Shown: positions 42,753 to 53,335, counted from the stretch's first letter. The stretch: DNA of 58,887 nucleotides from Armatimonadota bacterium (GCA_037445735.1 JBBIJY010000018.1:1-58887), one strand, 5' to 3'. Notes: generated from the sequence alone by a model not told the origin. Numbers and translations are program-made.

Positions 42753-42833
42753 GAGGGACTGAGGGTGTTCGAAAAATCCGATTTGGGAGGCTGATCCCCG
42801 CTTCCTGAACCCTCTCCCACTGAGGCGAGGATG

Positions 42834-42915
42834 CCCCCTCACCCCGACCCTCTCCTTAGCAGGGAGAAACTAAGCCCCTCTCCCCCTGAAGGGGGAGAGG
42901 GTACGGGTGAGGGGG
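42834..42915. repeat. Purine/pyrimidine-skewed palindromic interspersed repeat
   Basis: CCCCCTCACCCCGACCCTCTCC...GGGGGAGAGGGTACGGGTGAGGGGG; 42891-42915 is the exact reverse complement of 55951-55975. Confidence 0.85.
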
Positions 42916-42964
42916 TTCTGTACTCTTTGCCCATGCTCCGCAGCGGAGGTAAACGCACTGAGGG

Positions 42965-44140
42965 TTACGCGCGACGACGCAGGCGTATCAGCCCGACCAG
43001 CCCAACACCCAGCGCCAGCAGGCTCGCCGGCTCCGGCACCACCTCGTAGATGTCCAGACGGTCAATATAGGTACCGGTACCGCCACCACCCTGAACAACA
43101 AAGATGAACAGGCGCCCGTTAGAGGTGATAAAGTAGCTGCTATTCAGCAGCGTGTTCGCGTATCCACTGGGTGGGGTGAAGCCGTCCGCTGTCGGTCCGA
43201 CACCCGTCAGGGTGGCGATGGGAACCCCGTTCACATCCACCACAAACAGCTGGTTGGTTCCAGAGACACGGTTGTTGTACAGGATCAAATCCGTCAGATG
43301 CCCATAAGCCTGAGATACAGGGACATAGGTAACTGTGGATTGCTGTTGCGCGCCCTCCGTCAAAGCGACAAAGTTGCCTGCGTCGCTAAAAGTGGTGACG
43401 CCAGTGCGGGTAAACAGGCGCACGCCTGCGGCGTTACCTGTACCACCGTTCCATTTGTAATACATATTGCCGTTCGGGGCGAAGGTGATGTCCCGTATGG
43501 CGGTGGGCGCTCCTGAAACCGCGCTGGTATTGCCCGCATTTGTGCCAGTACCCAGGTCAAAGCGGCGGATGATGGTGCTACCGAACACCCCCACAGCCAG
43601 ACTGGGCCCTGAGCCGCTATAGCCCGGATCGATCTCCAGTGTATCATACCGACTGACACCTGCCTCACTCAGGGACAGCAGCCCATCGCCTGCCCAGCTG
43701 GTGACCAGGCTGCCGTTCGTGTCGTACTTGCGAATACCAGTGTTCGCCGCAGTACCGCTACCCAATCCCGTGCCGAGATAAAGGGAGCCATTGTGGTAAA
43801 CCAGCCGGGTATCGCGCGAACCACCATCCTGTGACAGCTGCACCTTCCATGCGGGTGTCAGCGTAGTATTGCTGGCAACAAAGCTTGTGCCATCGAAAAA
43901 GTTGCTGATTCGCGCCATGCCAACGGTTTGCAGACCACTGCTTGTATGATAACCGGCGACATAGAGATTGGTGCCGTCAAAAGCGACATCGCCAATATTG
44001 CTGCCGATGCCGTTGGCAGTGCCGTCGAACAGGTCAGCCAGTGTGTAGCTGCGCAGATGCACAATCTGATGCTGCGCCAGAGCAGGCACAATCATGCTCG
44101 TTATCAGCCCTATTGTCCAGAAGCAGTGCCATCTCCTCAT
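42965..44140 (-). CDS. PEP-CTERM sorting domain protein
   Basis: Signal peptide; C-terminal VVPEPASLLALGVGLVGLIRLRRRA. Confidence 0.92.
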   Translation of the reverse strand: MRRWHCFWTIGLITSMIVPALAQHQIVHLRSYTLADLFDGTANGIGSNIGDVAFDGTNLYVAGYHTSSGLQTVGMARISNFFDGTSFVASNTTLTPAWKVQLSQDGGSRDTRLVYHNGSLYLGTGLGSGTAANTGIRKYDTNGSLVTSWAGDGLLSLSEAGVSRYDTLEIDPGYSGSGPSLAVGVFGSTIIRRFDLGTGTNAGNTSAVSGAPTAIRDITFAPNGNMYYKWNGGTGNAAGVRLFTRTGVTTFSDAGNFVALTEGAQQQSTVTYVPVSQAYGHLTDLILYNNRVSGTNQLFVVDVNGVPIATLTGVGPTADGFTPPSGYANTLLNSSYFITSNGRLFIFVVQGGGGTGTYIDRLDIYEVVPEPASLLALGVGLVGLIRLRRRA

Positions 44141-44277
44141 ATCGGTCGAACCTCCTCGTTGTTAGAGTGGGGAAACCACCCTGCAGGGCGTCCCATCTAT
44201 TTATTGACTCGGAAACCGTCCAAAAGCGGACAGGGGCGCCCCGCAAAAATACGGGATTTTGGGCAAAAACCACGCGA

Positions 44278-45555
44278 TTATGGGGTTATTCGCTCCAGCC
44301 CGTCCATGTAGGGGCGGAGAGCATGGGGGATTAGCACGCTGCCGTCTGCCTGCTGGTAGTTCTCTAACAGCGCCGCCATCAGGCGGGCGGTCGCCACGCC
44401 CGAAGCGTTCAGCGTGTGCACATATTCGGGCTTCGCGGTCGGCTCCCGACGGAACCGAATATTTGCCCGCCGCGCCTGAAAATCCTCAAAGTTGCTGCAC
44501 GACGACACCTCCAGCCACTGCTGGACACCGGGCGACCAGACCTCTAAATCGTAGCATTTGGCGGCGGCGAAGCCCAGATCGCCCGTGCAGAGGAGCATAA
44601 TGCGATAGGGCAGCTCCAGCCGTTGCAGCACCGTCTCGGCATCGCGCAGCAGGCGCTCATGCTCGGCATAAGAGGTTTCAGGTGTGGTGAATTTAACCAG
44701 CTCCACCTTATTGAACTGATGCACGCGCAGCAGTCCGCGCGTGAGGCGTCCTGCCGCGCCCGCCTCTCGCCGAAAGCAGGGCGAATAGGCGACCAGATTG
44801 ATGGGCAGCTGCTCCGCGCTCAGAATCTCATCGCGATAGAGGTTCGTCACGGGCACTTCGGCGGTCGGAATCAGATAGAGCGGGTCATCGGCACAGCGAT
44901 ACATCTCTTCGGCGAACTTTGGCAGTTGCCCCGTGCCCTGCATCACTTCGGGGCGCACCAGAAAGGGTGGGAAGACCTCTGTGTAGCCATGCTCGCGCGT
45001 GTGCAGGTCAAGCATGAAGTTGATAAGGGCGCGTTCGAGGCGGGCGCCCAGCCCCGTGTAGACATGAAAGCCGCTGCCGCTGATTCTGGTGCCGCGCTCG
45101 AAGTCGATCAACCCCAGTCGCTCGGCGATTTCCCAGTGGGGGCGCGGTTCGAACTCCATCGGGTGTGGCGCCCCGCCGCGTCGCACCTCCACATTGTGGC
45201 TCGCATCCGCGCCGATGGGTGTGGTCTCGTGCGGAATATTGGGGAACATCAGCAGCATCTGCTCGCGCTGTTCCTCCAGCTCGCGCCGCTGCTGCTCCAG
45301 ATGTTTGATCTGCTCGCCCAGCTCGCGCATCTGGGCGATCAGCCCGCTCACATCCTGCCCCGCCTTTTTGAGCTGGGGAATCTCGCGCGACACGCGGTTC
45401 TGCTCAGCGGTGAGCGTCTCTACCTGCGTGGTCAGCTCGCGCCAGCGCGTATCGACGGCAAGCCATTCGTCCACCATCGATGGCTCGTAGCCACGCTGAC
45501 GCAGAGCCTCGCGCACCCGCTCCGGCTCACTCCGAATCAGACGATAGTCAATCAT
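44278..45555 (-). CDS. serS: Serine--tRNA ligase
   Basis: [46 protein letters not shown]. Confidence 0.98.
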   Translation of the reverse strand: MIDYRLIRSEPERVREALRQRGYEPSMVDEWLAVDTRWRELTTQVETLTAEQNRVSREIPQLKKAGQDVSGLIAQMRELGEQIKHLEQQRRELEEQREQMLLMFPNIPHETTPIGADASHNVEVRRGGAPHPMEFEPRPHWEIAERLGLIDFERGTRISGSGFHVYTGLGARLERALINFMLDLHTREHGYTEVFPPFLVRPEVMQGTGQLPKFAEEMYRCADDPLYLIPTAEVPVTNLYRDEILSAEQLPINLVAYSPCFRREAGAAGRLTRGLLRVHQFNKVELVKFTTPETSYAEHERLLRDAETVLQRLELPYRIMLLCTGDLGFAAAKCYDLEVWSPGVQQWLEVSSCSNFEDFQARRANIRFRREPTAKPEYVHTLNASGVATARLMAALLENYQQADGSVLIPHALRPYMDGLERITP

Positions 45556-45592
45556 GGCACACCGTATTGTACCAGAACGCCGAAGGTCAAAA

Positions 45593-46786
45593 ATCGGCTA
45601 TAATAGAGGTGGGTGAACCCTTATGGCGCTGAGCGAGGCGATTGAGAAGCGGGAATGGACACTGGACGAATGGCTCAACTGCGAAACTGAAGAGCGGTTC
45701 GAGTTCGAAAATGGGAGGATTATCATTATGCCCGCACCAACAATCCGACATCAGAAGATCGTGTTGCTCGCTGGTCACGCGATGTATCAGTTCTGCCAGG
45801 CAAATCGGCTCGGCACAGTGATGATGGGTGTGGATGTGGCGCTGCCTTCCATCAACAGGGGCTATATTCCCGATTTGACCTTTGTGCGGCGGGAGCGCGA
45901 AGCCGAAGTGATAACCCCGCAGGGCAAGATAAAAGGTGTGCCTGACCTGGTGGTGGAGGTGATCTCGCCTGGCGGGTTCGCCCGCGACGCAATGCACAAA
46001 CTGAACACCTATCAGCAGGTGGGAGTGCCGTGGTACTGGCTGATCGATAGCGAAACGCTTCTGGTACAGGAGTTCCAGCTGACGCCCGAGGGCTATCTGT
46101 TGCGCACGGTGGCGGATGCGGGCGAGGTGTTCCGCCCCGCCGCCCTGCCCGGCTTCGAGATTAATCTCCAGCAGCTGATGGAAGAGCCTGCTAACCTTGG
46201 GCAGCAGGTGCAGTGAGGCGATCCTCTCCATCGGCTATAATAGAGGTGGGTGAACTCTTATGGTGCTGAGCGAGGCGATTGAGAAGCGGGAATGGACACT
46301 GGACGAATGGCTCAACTGCGAAACTGAAGAGCGGTTCGAGTTCGAAAATGGGAGGATTATCATTATGCCCGCACCAACAATCCGACATCAGAAGATCGTG
46401 TTGCTCGCTGGTCACGCGATGTATCAGTTCTGCCAGGCAAATCGGCTCGGCACAGTGATGATGGGTGTGGATGTGGCGCTGCCTTCCATCAACAGGGGCT
46501 ATATTCCCGATTTGACCTTTGTGCGGCGGGAGCGCGAAGCCGAAGTGATAACCCCGCAGGGCAAGATAAAAGGTGTGCCTGACCTGGTGGTGGAGGTGAT
46601 CTCGCCTGGCGGGTTCGCCCGCGACGCAATGCACAAACTGAACACCTATCAGCAGGTGGGAGTGCCGTGGTACTGGCTGATCGATAGCGAAACGCTTCTG
46701 GTACAGGAGTTCCAGCTGACGCCCGAGGGCTATCTGTTGCGCACGGTGGCGGATGCGGGCGAGGTGTTCCGCCCCGCCGCCCTGCC
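45593..46786 (+). repeat. Near-perfect ~557-bp direct duplication (offset 637 bp) including promoter
   Basis: 45593-46149 matches 46230-46786; only two substitutions seen, both near the start codon; each copy begins ATCGGCTATAATAGAGGTGG. Confidence 0.9.
45623..46216 (+). CDS. Uma2 (DUF820) family endonuclease, copy 1
   Basis: EFENG..MPAPTIRHQ, YIPDL, VPDLVVEVISP, YQQVGVPWYWLID. Confidence 0.92.
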   Translation: MALSEAIEKREWTLDEWLNCETEERFEFENGRIIIMPAPTIRHQKIVLLAGHAMYQFCQANRLGTVMMGVDVALPSINRGYIPDLTFVRREREAEVITPQGKIKGVPDLVVEVISPGGFARDAMHKLNTYQQVGVPWYWLIDSETLLVQEFQLTPEGYLLRTVADAGEVFRPAALPGFEINLQQLMEEPANLGQQVQ

Positions 46787-46844
46787 TGGACTGGAGATTA
46801 ATCTGCAGGCGTTGCTGGAGGAGGGTAGCGATGGCACTGAGTGA
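46260..46844 (+). CDS. Uma2 family endonuclease, copy 2
   Basis: Identical to copy 1 except residue 2 and the C-terminal tail. Confidence 0.92.
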   Translation: MVLSEAIEKREWTLDEWLNCETEERFEFENGRIIIMPAPTIRHQKIVLLAGHAMYQFCQANRLGTVMMGVDVALPSINRGYIPDLTFVRREREAEVITPQGKIKGVPDLVVEVISPGGFARDAMHKLNTYQQVGVPWYWLIDSETLLVQEFQLTPEGYLLRTVADAGEVFRPAALPGLEINLQALLEEGSDGTE

Positions 46845-47400
46845 AGCGATTGAGAAGCGTGACTGGACACTGGAGGAGTGGCTCAAAGCCGAGCTGGAGC
46901 CACGCTTCGAGTTCGAAGAGGGGAGGCTTGTGCCGATGGCATCGCCGACACGCCAGCATCAGCGAATTGTGGGCAGGCTGTTCACTCAGATGGAGCGCTG
47001 GGCAAACCAGACTGGGAGCGGATCGATTGAGATGGAGCTGGATGTCGCTTTGCCGACGGGGGTGGGCTTCATTCCTGACCTGATGTTTATTCGGCGCGAG
47101 CGCGAAAGCGAACTCTACACGCCCGGCGGCAAAATCAGAGGCGTGCCCGATCTGGTGGTGGAAGTCGTATCGCCCAGCACGCGCACGCGGGATACCGTGC
47201 GCAAACTGCGTGCCTATCAGGCTGCTGGCGTGCCATGGTACTGGCTGATAGACAGCGAAACGCTCGTGGCGCAGGAACTCAAGCTCACCCCTGATGGCTA
47301 TCAGATCAGCACCGTTGCCGATGCGGGCGAGGTGTTCCGCCCCGCTGCCCTGCCCGGCTTCGAGATTAATCTCCAGCAGCGGATGGAAGAGCCTCCATAA
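46831..47400 (+). CDS. Uma2 family endonuclease, diverged copy 3
   Basis: MALSEAIEKRDWTLEEWL, FIPDL, VPDLVVEVVSPS, YQAAGVPWYWLID. Confidence 0.92.
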   Translation: MALSEAIEKRDWTLEEWLKAELEPRFEFEEGRLVPMASPTRQHQRIVGRLFTQMERWANQTGSGSIEMELDVALPTGVGFIPDLMFIRRERESELYTPGGKIRGVPDLVVEVVSPSTRTRDTVRKLRAYQAAGVPWYWLIDSETLVAQELKLTPDGYQISTVADAGEVFRPAALPGFEINLQQRMEEPP

Positions 47401-47461
47401 GTCGGGAAACGGGGGTAAAATTGCCAGCGCGATATGGAATACTTGAAAGGGACGGACGCTG

Positions 47462-48778
47462 ATGAGAGTGAGTATTTTCGGACTGGGCTATGTGGGAGCG
47501 GTGTCGGCGGCGTGCTTCGCCCGTGAGGGGCACAGCGTGATCGGCGTCGATGTGGACCCCTACAAGTTAGGGCTGATACGGCAGGGGCGCGCGCCCATCG
47601 TGGAGGAGAACCTTGAGCCGCTCCTGCAGGAGGCGGTGCGAACAGGGCGATTGACCGTGACCGATTGCGCGGAGGAAGCTGCCCACCAGACCGACCTTTC
47701 GCTGATTTGCGTCGGCACGCCCAGCAAGGAGAATGGCGACCTGCGCACCGAGTTTCTGGAACGGGTGGCAACCGAAATCGGCGACGCCCTGCGCACCAAA
47801 GAGGGCTATCATATCGTGGTCATTCGGAGCACCATTTTGCCCGGCACCGCTGAAGAGGTGGTGTTGCCCATTCTGGAGCAGCGTTCTGGCAAGCGCGTGA
47901 ATGAGGGCTTCGGGCTGTGTGTGAACCCTGAATTCCTGCGAGAGGGGGTTGCCATCCGCGATTTTTATGACCCGCCCTTCACGATTATCGGCTCGCTCAA
48001 GCGCGACGATGCCGAACTGGTTGCCCAGCTCTATGCGGGCGTTGAAGCCCAGCTGTTCATCACCTCCATTCGCGCTGCCGAGATGATCAAATATGCCTGC
48101 AACGCCTTTCACGCCGTCAAAATCACCTTTGCGAACGAGCTGGGCATGCTCTGCAAGGCGGAGGGCATCGATAGCCATGAGGTGATGCGCATCTTCTGCG
48201 CCGACACCAAGCTCAACATCTCGCCGCGCTACCTGACGCCGGGCTTCGCCTTTGGCGGCTCCTGTTTGCCCAAAGATTTGCGCGCGCTCACCTATCGCGC
48301 CCGCCTGCACGACCTGCAACTGCCCATGCTCGAACATGTGCTGCCCAGCAATCGCATGCAGATTGAGCGCGTGGTCAAACAGGTTCAGCAACTTCGGCGA
48401 CGGCAGGTCGGGCTGTTCGGGCTGTCGTTCAAGCCCGGTACCGACGACCTGCGCGAAAGCCCGCTTGTGGAGCTGGCGGAACGACTCATCGGCAAAGGGT
48501 ATAATCTGCTTATCTATGATCCGAATGTGTCGTATGCCGCGCTGCACGGCTCGAACAAGGCGTATATCGAGCGGGAGATTCCGCATATTCGCGAGATTCT
48601 TTGCGAGGATGTCGGGCAGCTGCTCTCCCATGCGGAGGTGGTCATCGTGGGGCATTTAGAGCGCTCGCTGCGCGAGGCAGTTCAACAGCAGATACGCGAC
48701 GACCAGGTGGTGATCGACCTGGCGCGTGCCCTCGATCCCTCTAAAATGCGAGGTGATTATGTCGGACTGTACTGGTAA
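47462..48778 (+). CDS. GDP-mannose/UDP-glucose 6-dehydrogenase (AlgD-like)
   Basis: FGLGYVGAV, CVGTPS, NPEFLREG, GFAFGGSCLPKD, FKPGTDDLRESP. Confidence 0.93.
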   Translation: MRVSIFGLGYVGAVSAACFAREGHSVIGVDVDPYKLGLIRQGRAPIVEENLEPLLQEAVRTGRLTVTDCAEEAAHQTDLSLICVGTPSKENGDLRTEFLERVATEIGDALRTKEGYHIVVIRSTILPGTAEEVVLPILEQRSGKRVNEGFGLCVNPEFLREGVAIRDFYDPPFTIIGSLKRDDAELVAQLYAGVEAQLFITSIRAAEMIKYACNAFHAVKITFANELGMLCKAEGIDSHEVMRIFCADTKLNISPRYLTPGFAFGGSCLPKDLRALTYRARLHDLQLPMLEHVLPSNRMQIERVVKQVQQLRRRQVGLFGLSFKPGTDDLRESPLVELAERLIGKGYNLLIYDPNVSYAALHGSNKAYIEREIPHIREILCEDVGQLLSHAEVVIVGHLERSLREAVQQQIRDDQVVIDLARALDPSKMRGDYVGLYW

Positions 48779-50015
48779 CTGCGAAGGGAGCATCCTGATA
48801 CTGGTGGAGAACCTGCCTGTGCCGATGGACAGGCGCGTGTGGCAGGAATCGCTGGCGCTCACCGAAGCGGGATACAAAGTGTCGGTGATCTCGCCCCGCC
48901 CGCCCGATGAACCGGAGTATATGGAGCTGCAGGGCGTGCATCTCTACCGCTATCCGATGCCGCCCCCTACGCGCAGCATCTTCAGCTTCTTCTACGAGTT
49001 CATCTACTGCTGGCTGCACACATGGCGGCTCACACGGCGAGTCGCTCGCGAGCAGGGCATCGATGTCATCCATACCTGCAACCCGCCCGACACCTTCTGG
49101 ACAATCGCCCGCTGGTACAAGCGCAAGGGCGTCAAGTTCGTGTATGATCAGCACGATCTTTGCCCGGAGCTGTACGAGTCACGATTCGGCAAGCGCGGAC
49201 TGCTCTACAGGGGGCTTCTGTGGCTGGAGAAGCAGACCTATCGCACAGCAGACGGCGTGATTGCACCCAACGAATCGTATCGGCGCGTGGCGATGGAACG
49301 GGGTGGTATCCCGCCAGAGCGCATTACCATCGTGCGCAGCGGACCGATGGCCAGCCAGTTCAAGCGTGTGGAGCCTGACCCCAGTCTCAAACGCGGGCGA
49401 CGCTATCTGGGCGTGTATCTGGGCGTGATGGGCGCACAGGACGGCGTGGACTACCTCCTGCGTGCCATCCACCATGTGGTCTACACTTTCAATCATACCG
49501 AGACCCACTTCGCGCTGATTGGCGGTGGCGACATGTTTCCTGACTTAGTACAGATGTGCCACGACCTGCGCCTGAACGAGTTTGTGGAGTTCACAGGGCG
49601 CATCCCCGATGAAGAGGTGCTGCGCTACTTCTCCACCGCCGATGTCGCCCTCGCGCCCGACCCGCTCAACCCGCTGAACGATGTTTCCACGATGAACAAG
49701 GTGATCGAATACATGGCAATCGGGCTGCCGATTGTATCGTTCGACCTGAAGGAGTCGCGCTATTCGGCGCAGGATGCGGCGGTCTATGTGCCCAATAATG
49801 ACGAGCGTGCCTTCGCACAGGCGATTATCGAGCTGCTCAACGACCCTGAACGCCGCGCCCGCATGGGCGAGTTCGGGCGCAAACGCTTTCTGGAATGCCT
49901 CAGCTGGGAGCATAGCAAGAAGAAGCTCATAGAGTTCTATGACCACCTGCTGCAGAATGAGCTATCTGCAGCGCCTGTGTCCGCAGGCGTGTCGGATCAG
50001 GGGGTGAGCCGATGA
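48759..50015 (+). CDS. Glycosyltransferase family 4
   Basis: VENLPVPMDRRVWQE, YLGVMGAQDG, STMNKVIEYMAIGLPIV. Confidence 0.9.
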   Translation: MSDCTGNCEGSILILVENLPVPMDRRVWQESLALTEAGYKVSVISPRPPDEPEYMELQGVHLYRYPMPPPTRSIFSFFYEFIYCWLHTWRLTRRVAREQGIDVIHTCNPPDTFWTIARWYKRKGVKFVYDQHDLCPELYESRFGKRGLLYRGLLWLEKQTYRTADGVIAPNESYRRVAMERGGIPPERITIVRSGPMASQFKRVEPDPSLKRGRRYLGVYLGVMGAQDGVDYLLRAIHHVVYTFNHTETHFALIGGGDMFPDLVQMCHDLRLNEFVEFTGRIPDEEVLRYFSTADVALAPDPLNPLNDVSTMNKVIEYMAIGLPIVSFDLKESRYSAQDAAVYVPNNDERAFAQAIIELLNDPERRARMGEFGRKRFLECLSWEHSKKKLIEFYDHLLQNELSAAPVSAGVSDQGVSR

Positions 50016-51244
50016 GCCGGCTGGTGCTGATTTACAGCGGCGACTTTCAGGGCTATCCGATGGGGGGTGTGCTGGAGTATGCCAAGAACTTCGCCCGCTA
50101 CGCGCCTGTTGAGGTACTTATCGTCGGCTTGACCCTTGACGCCCACCAGCCGATAGGCGAGTGGAGCCGCATTCAGCTGGGCACTATCGAACGCCCGTTT
50201 CTGCCGATTCTGTTTGTGGACGAGGCGCGTCAGCGTCGCTCGCGCATCCCGCTTAATGCTCGCTTCGTGCGGGCGCTGCGCCGATTCCGCCGCGAGATTC
50301 TGGCTTTGAATGCGCCCCTTTACATTCAGCGGGCGGAGCATGGGCTGCCCTTCCTGCATGACGATGTGCCCCTCTATTTCAACACGCACGGTCAATCGGC
50401 GTTTGTGGAGCGCTGGACGAGCCATCCGTTATTCCGCTGGCGCTGGTTCCGCGCATGGTTCTATCGGATGGAGGCGCGAGTCATTCAGCGAGCACAGGGC
50501 GTGATCGTGATTAGCCCCGCCGATTACGAGTTCTACACGAATCGGTTCCCTGCCCTGCGCGAAAAGTTCCATTCCATTCCGCTGGGCGTGGAGATCGAGC
50601 GCTACTGCCCATCGCCGGAGCGCGAGCGCGACGAGAACGCGCCGCGCATTCTGTTCGTGGGACGGCTGGACGCCTCCAAGGGGCTCGACCTGCTCATCGC
50701 CGGCTTCGCACAGTTTCGAAAGGTATATCCGAACGCCCGCCTGATCCTGGTGGGTGGCTCGCAGGACTATAACCCGGTGGAGGAGCAGGTGCGTGCGTGG
50801 ATTGCCCAGCATGGCGTTCAGGAGGCGGTGGAGATGACAGGCTTGCTGCCGCGCGAGGCGATTTTACCGTATTATCAATCGGCGGATGTGTTCGTGCTGA
50901 CCTCGCTGTGGGAAGGGTTGCCGATGGCGCTGCTGGAGGCGATGGCGTGCGGGCTGCCAGCGGTCGTCACAGCGGTGGGCGGATTGCCCAGCGTGGTGAA
51001 GGACGACCACAACGGCTATGTGCTGACCGGGCGCGACCCTGAGCAACTGGCGAGGCTCATCGAACGCGCCTATCAACACCGAAAACGGCTCGGTGAGGGA
51101 GCCAGAGCCACCGCTCAACAGTTCTCTATTGAGGCGCATGTGCAACAGGTGTGCAACCGCATGGGACTGAGCCCTGTGATGCCACCCGACAGAGCCAATT
51201 TATCGGAAGTCCAGGAACCATCAAAGAGTGAATTAGTATGCTGA
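50012..51244 (+). CDS. Glycosyltransferase family 4
   Basis: FVGRLDASKG, SLWEGLPMALLEAMACGLP. Confidence 0.92.
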   Translation: MSRLVLIYSGDFQGYPMGGVLEYAKNFARYAPVEVLIVGLTLDAHQPIGEWSRIQLGTIERPFLPILFVDEARQRRSRIPLNARFVRALRRFRREILALNAPLYIQRAEHGLPFLHDDVPLYFNTHGQSAFVERWTSHPLFRWRWFRAWFYRMEARVIQRAQGVIVISPADYEFYTNRFPALREKFHSIPLGVEIERYCPSPERERDENAPRILFVGRLDASKGLDLLIAGFAQFRKVYPNARLILVGGSQDYNPVEEQVRAWIAQHGVQEAVEMTGLLPREAILPYYQSADVFVLTSLWEGLPMALLEAMACGLPAVVTAVGGLPSVVKDDHNGYVLTGRDPEQLARLIERAYQHRKRLGEGARATAQQFSIEAHVQQVCNRMGLSPVMPPDRANLSEVQEPSKSELVC

Positions 51245-52530
51245 ACAATCAGAGCTATGCTGAGACGAGTCAGCAAGGGATGAACGCAACGCGGCGCGTG
51301 TTGCTGGTGCTGGAGAACCTGCCAGTGCCTCACGATCGGCGCATGTGGCAGGTCGCCACCTCGCTGCGCCGCGCGGGCTACCATGTGTCGGTCATCTCGC
51401 CCCGCCCACCAGACGAACCCGAATATTGTGAGCTGGAAGGGATTCACCTCTATCGCTACCCGATGCTGCCGCCCACCCACAGCGTGGGCAACTTCGTGCG
51501 CGAAGCGCTCTACTGCCTCTGGCACACTTTCCGGCTCAGCCGGCGCGTGCTTAAAGAGCAGGGCTTCGATGTGTTCCACGCGGGCAACCCGCTCGACATC
51601 TTCTGGCTGATCGGGCTGTATTACAAGCTGCGTGGCAAAAAGTTCGTTTACGAGCATCGCGACCTGTGCCCTGAACTGTACGAGGTGCGGTTCAAGAAGC
51701 GCGGGCTGTTCTATCACCTGCAGGTGTGGTTCGAACGGCTCTCCTACCGATTCGCCGATATGATTATCGAGATGAACGAGTCATATCGTCAGAACGCGCT
51801 CCAGCGTGGGCGGGCGCGCCCCGACAAGATTGTGATTGTGCGCAGCGGTCCGCGCGCCTCCGAGTTCTACCCCGTGGAGCCAGACCCCGCTCTCAAGCAT
51901 GGCAAACGCTACCTGGTGTGCTACCTCGGCGTGATGGGACCGCAGGACGGCACCGACATCTTCGTGAAGGCGGCGCACCATATCGTGCATAAGCGCGGCT
52001 TCACCGATGTGCATTTCGTCGCGATTGGCTCTGGCGACTGCCTGGAAGAGGTCAAAGCGCTCAGCCAGCAACTCCATCTGCAGGACCACATCACCTTCAC
52101 AGGCTTCATTCGCGATCGGGAGCTGCTGGTGCGTTATCTCAGCACTGCCGATGTGGGTGTCGCCAGCGACCCCGATAACAGCTACACCGCTCGCTCCACG
52201 ATGAACAAGATTATCGAATTTATGTCGGTGGGGCTACCGATTGTAGCGACGCGCAGTATCGAGAACAAGTGGTCGGCGCAGGACGCGCTGATCGAACCGC
52301 CCGACGACAGCCCCGAAGCGTTCGGCGACACGATTCTGGAGCTGCTCAACGATGAGGATCGGCGCCGCCAGATGAGCGAGTTCGGGCGGAAGCGATTTCT
52401 GGACTGCCTGAGCTGGGAGCGCAGTGAATGCGTGCTGCTGCACGCCTACGACCGCCTCTTCCAGAACCTGCCCCCTAATGGAGAGGCAACTGCCGAGCCA
52501 GAGGCTACTGCTCTCCATACACCGCATTAA
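51238..52530 (+). CDS. Glycosyltransferase family 4 (paralog of 48759-50015)
   Basis: LENLPVPHDRRMWQ, YLGVMGPQDG, STMNKIIEFMSVGLPIV. Confidence 0.9.
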   Translation: MLNNQSYAETSQQGMNATRRVLLVLENLPVPHDRRMWQVATSLRRAGYHVSVISPRPPDEPEYCELEGIHLYRYPMLPPTHSVGNFVREALYCLWHTFRLSRRVLKEQGFDVFHAGNPLDIFWLIGLYYKLRGKKFVYEHRDLCPELYEVRFKKRGLFYHLQVWFERLSYRFADMIIEMNESYRQNALQRGRARPDKIVIVRSGPRASEFYPVEPDPALKHGKRYLVCYLGVMGPQDGTDIFVKAAHHIVHKRGFTDVHFVAIGSGDCLEEVKALSQQLHLQDHITFTGFIRDRELLVRYLSTADVGVASDPDNSYTARSTMNKIIEFMSVGLPIVATRSIENKWSAQDALIEPPDDSPEAFGDTILELLNDEDRRRQMSEFGRKRFLDCLSWERSECVLLHAYDRLFQNLPPNGEATAEPEATALHTPH

Positions 52531-53335
52531 TCGCGCCCTGCAGGAACGCCAGCGAGCGGCGGAAGCCTGCATCACCCTCCGATTGACCGTCCTCGATGCT
52601 GATATAGCCCGCATAGCCATGGTCGCGCAAAATGCGCAATAACGGCTCAAAAGGGACCCCGCCCTCGCCCAGCACGCAATGCTGATACTCGCCAGGCAGG
52701 CGATCGCCCGCATGCACATGGTGAACCTTATGCACCACGCGCCGAAGGAGCGCAACCGGGTCCGCACCCACCATCAGCGGGTTCGCAAAATCGAAGTTGA
52801 TGCGCACAGGGGTCGGCTCAAGCTGCTCAAAAATGCGCAGGAAGCGTTCGGGCAGAAACGAGAAGTCCTCGCGTGTCCAGCGGCGGTCTCTGTAATGGTT
52901 CTCATAGCAGGGATAGACGCCCATCGGCACGGCGTACGCAGCAAGTTGCACCATGCCCTCCACCGCATAGGCGATGCCGTCCGACTCGCGGAGGTCATCA
53001 TGCAGCATGCCCGCTGTGACGCGCACGGCGTCCGCGCCAAGCGCGGCAGCCCACTCCACTCGCTGGCGCATCGCCTCCAGCTCGCGCCGGCGCACCGAAG
53101 GGTCGGGGTTGGTGAAATCGGGCGCGCAGGTGATCTGGCTCACCTTCAATCCCAGCGTCTGGAGCTGCTGGCGAACGGCGGGCAGGTTCTGCTCGCTCAA
53201 AAAGCCGTGATAGAGTTCGACGGCGTCGATGCCGAAAGCAGGCACGCTCGCCAGCCAGTCGGCGAGTGCGAGCCGCCCCTCGACAATTGCGTGGATGTGT
53301 CGCACTGGCAGCCAGGCGATGCGGGGCTTAGCCAT
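52505..53335 (-). CDS. Sugar phosphate isomerase/epimerase (xylose isomerase-like TIM barrel)
   Basis: DAVEL, YENH, INFDFAN, HVHAGD, LGEGGVPF, GYISIE. Confidence 0.88.
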   Translation of the reverse strand: MAKPRIAWLPVRHIHAIVEGRLALADWLASVPAFGIDAVELYHGFLSEQNLPAVRQQLQTLGLKVSQITCAPDFTNPDPSVRRRELEAMRQRVEWAAALGADAVRVTAGMLHDDLRESDGIAYAVEGMVQLAAYAVPMGVYPCYENHYRDRRWTREDFSFLPERFLRIFEQLEPTPVRINFDFANPLMVGADPVALLRRVVHKVHHVHAGDRLPGEYQHCVLGEGGVPFEPLLRILRDHGYAGYISIEDGQSEGDAGFRRSLAFLQGAINAVYGEQ

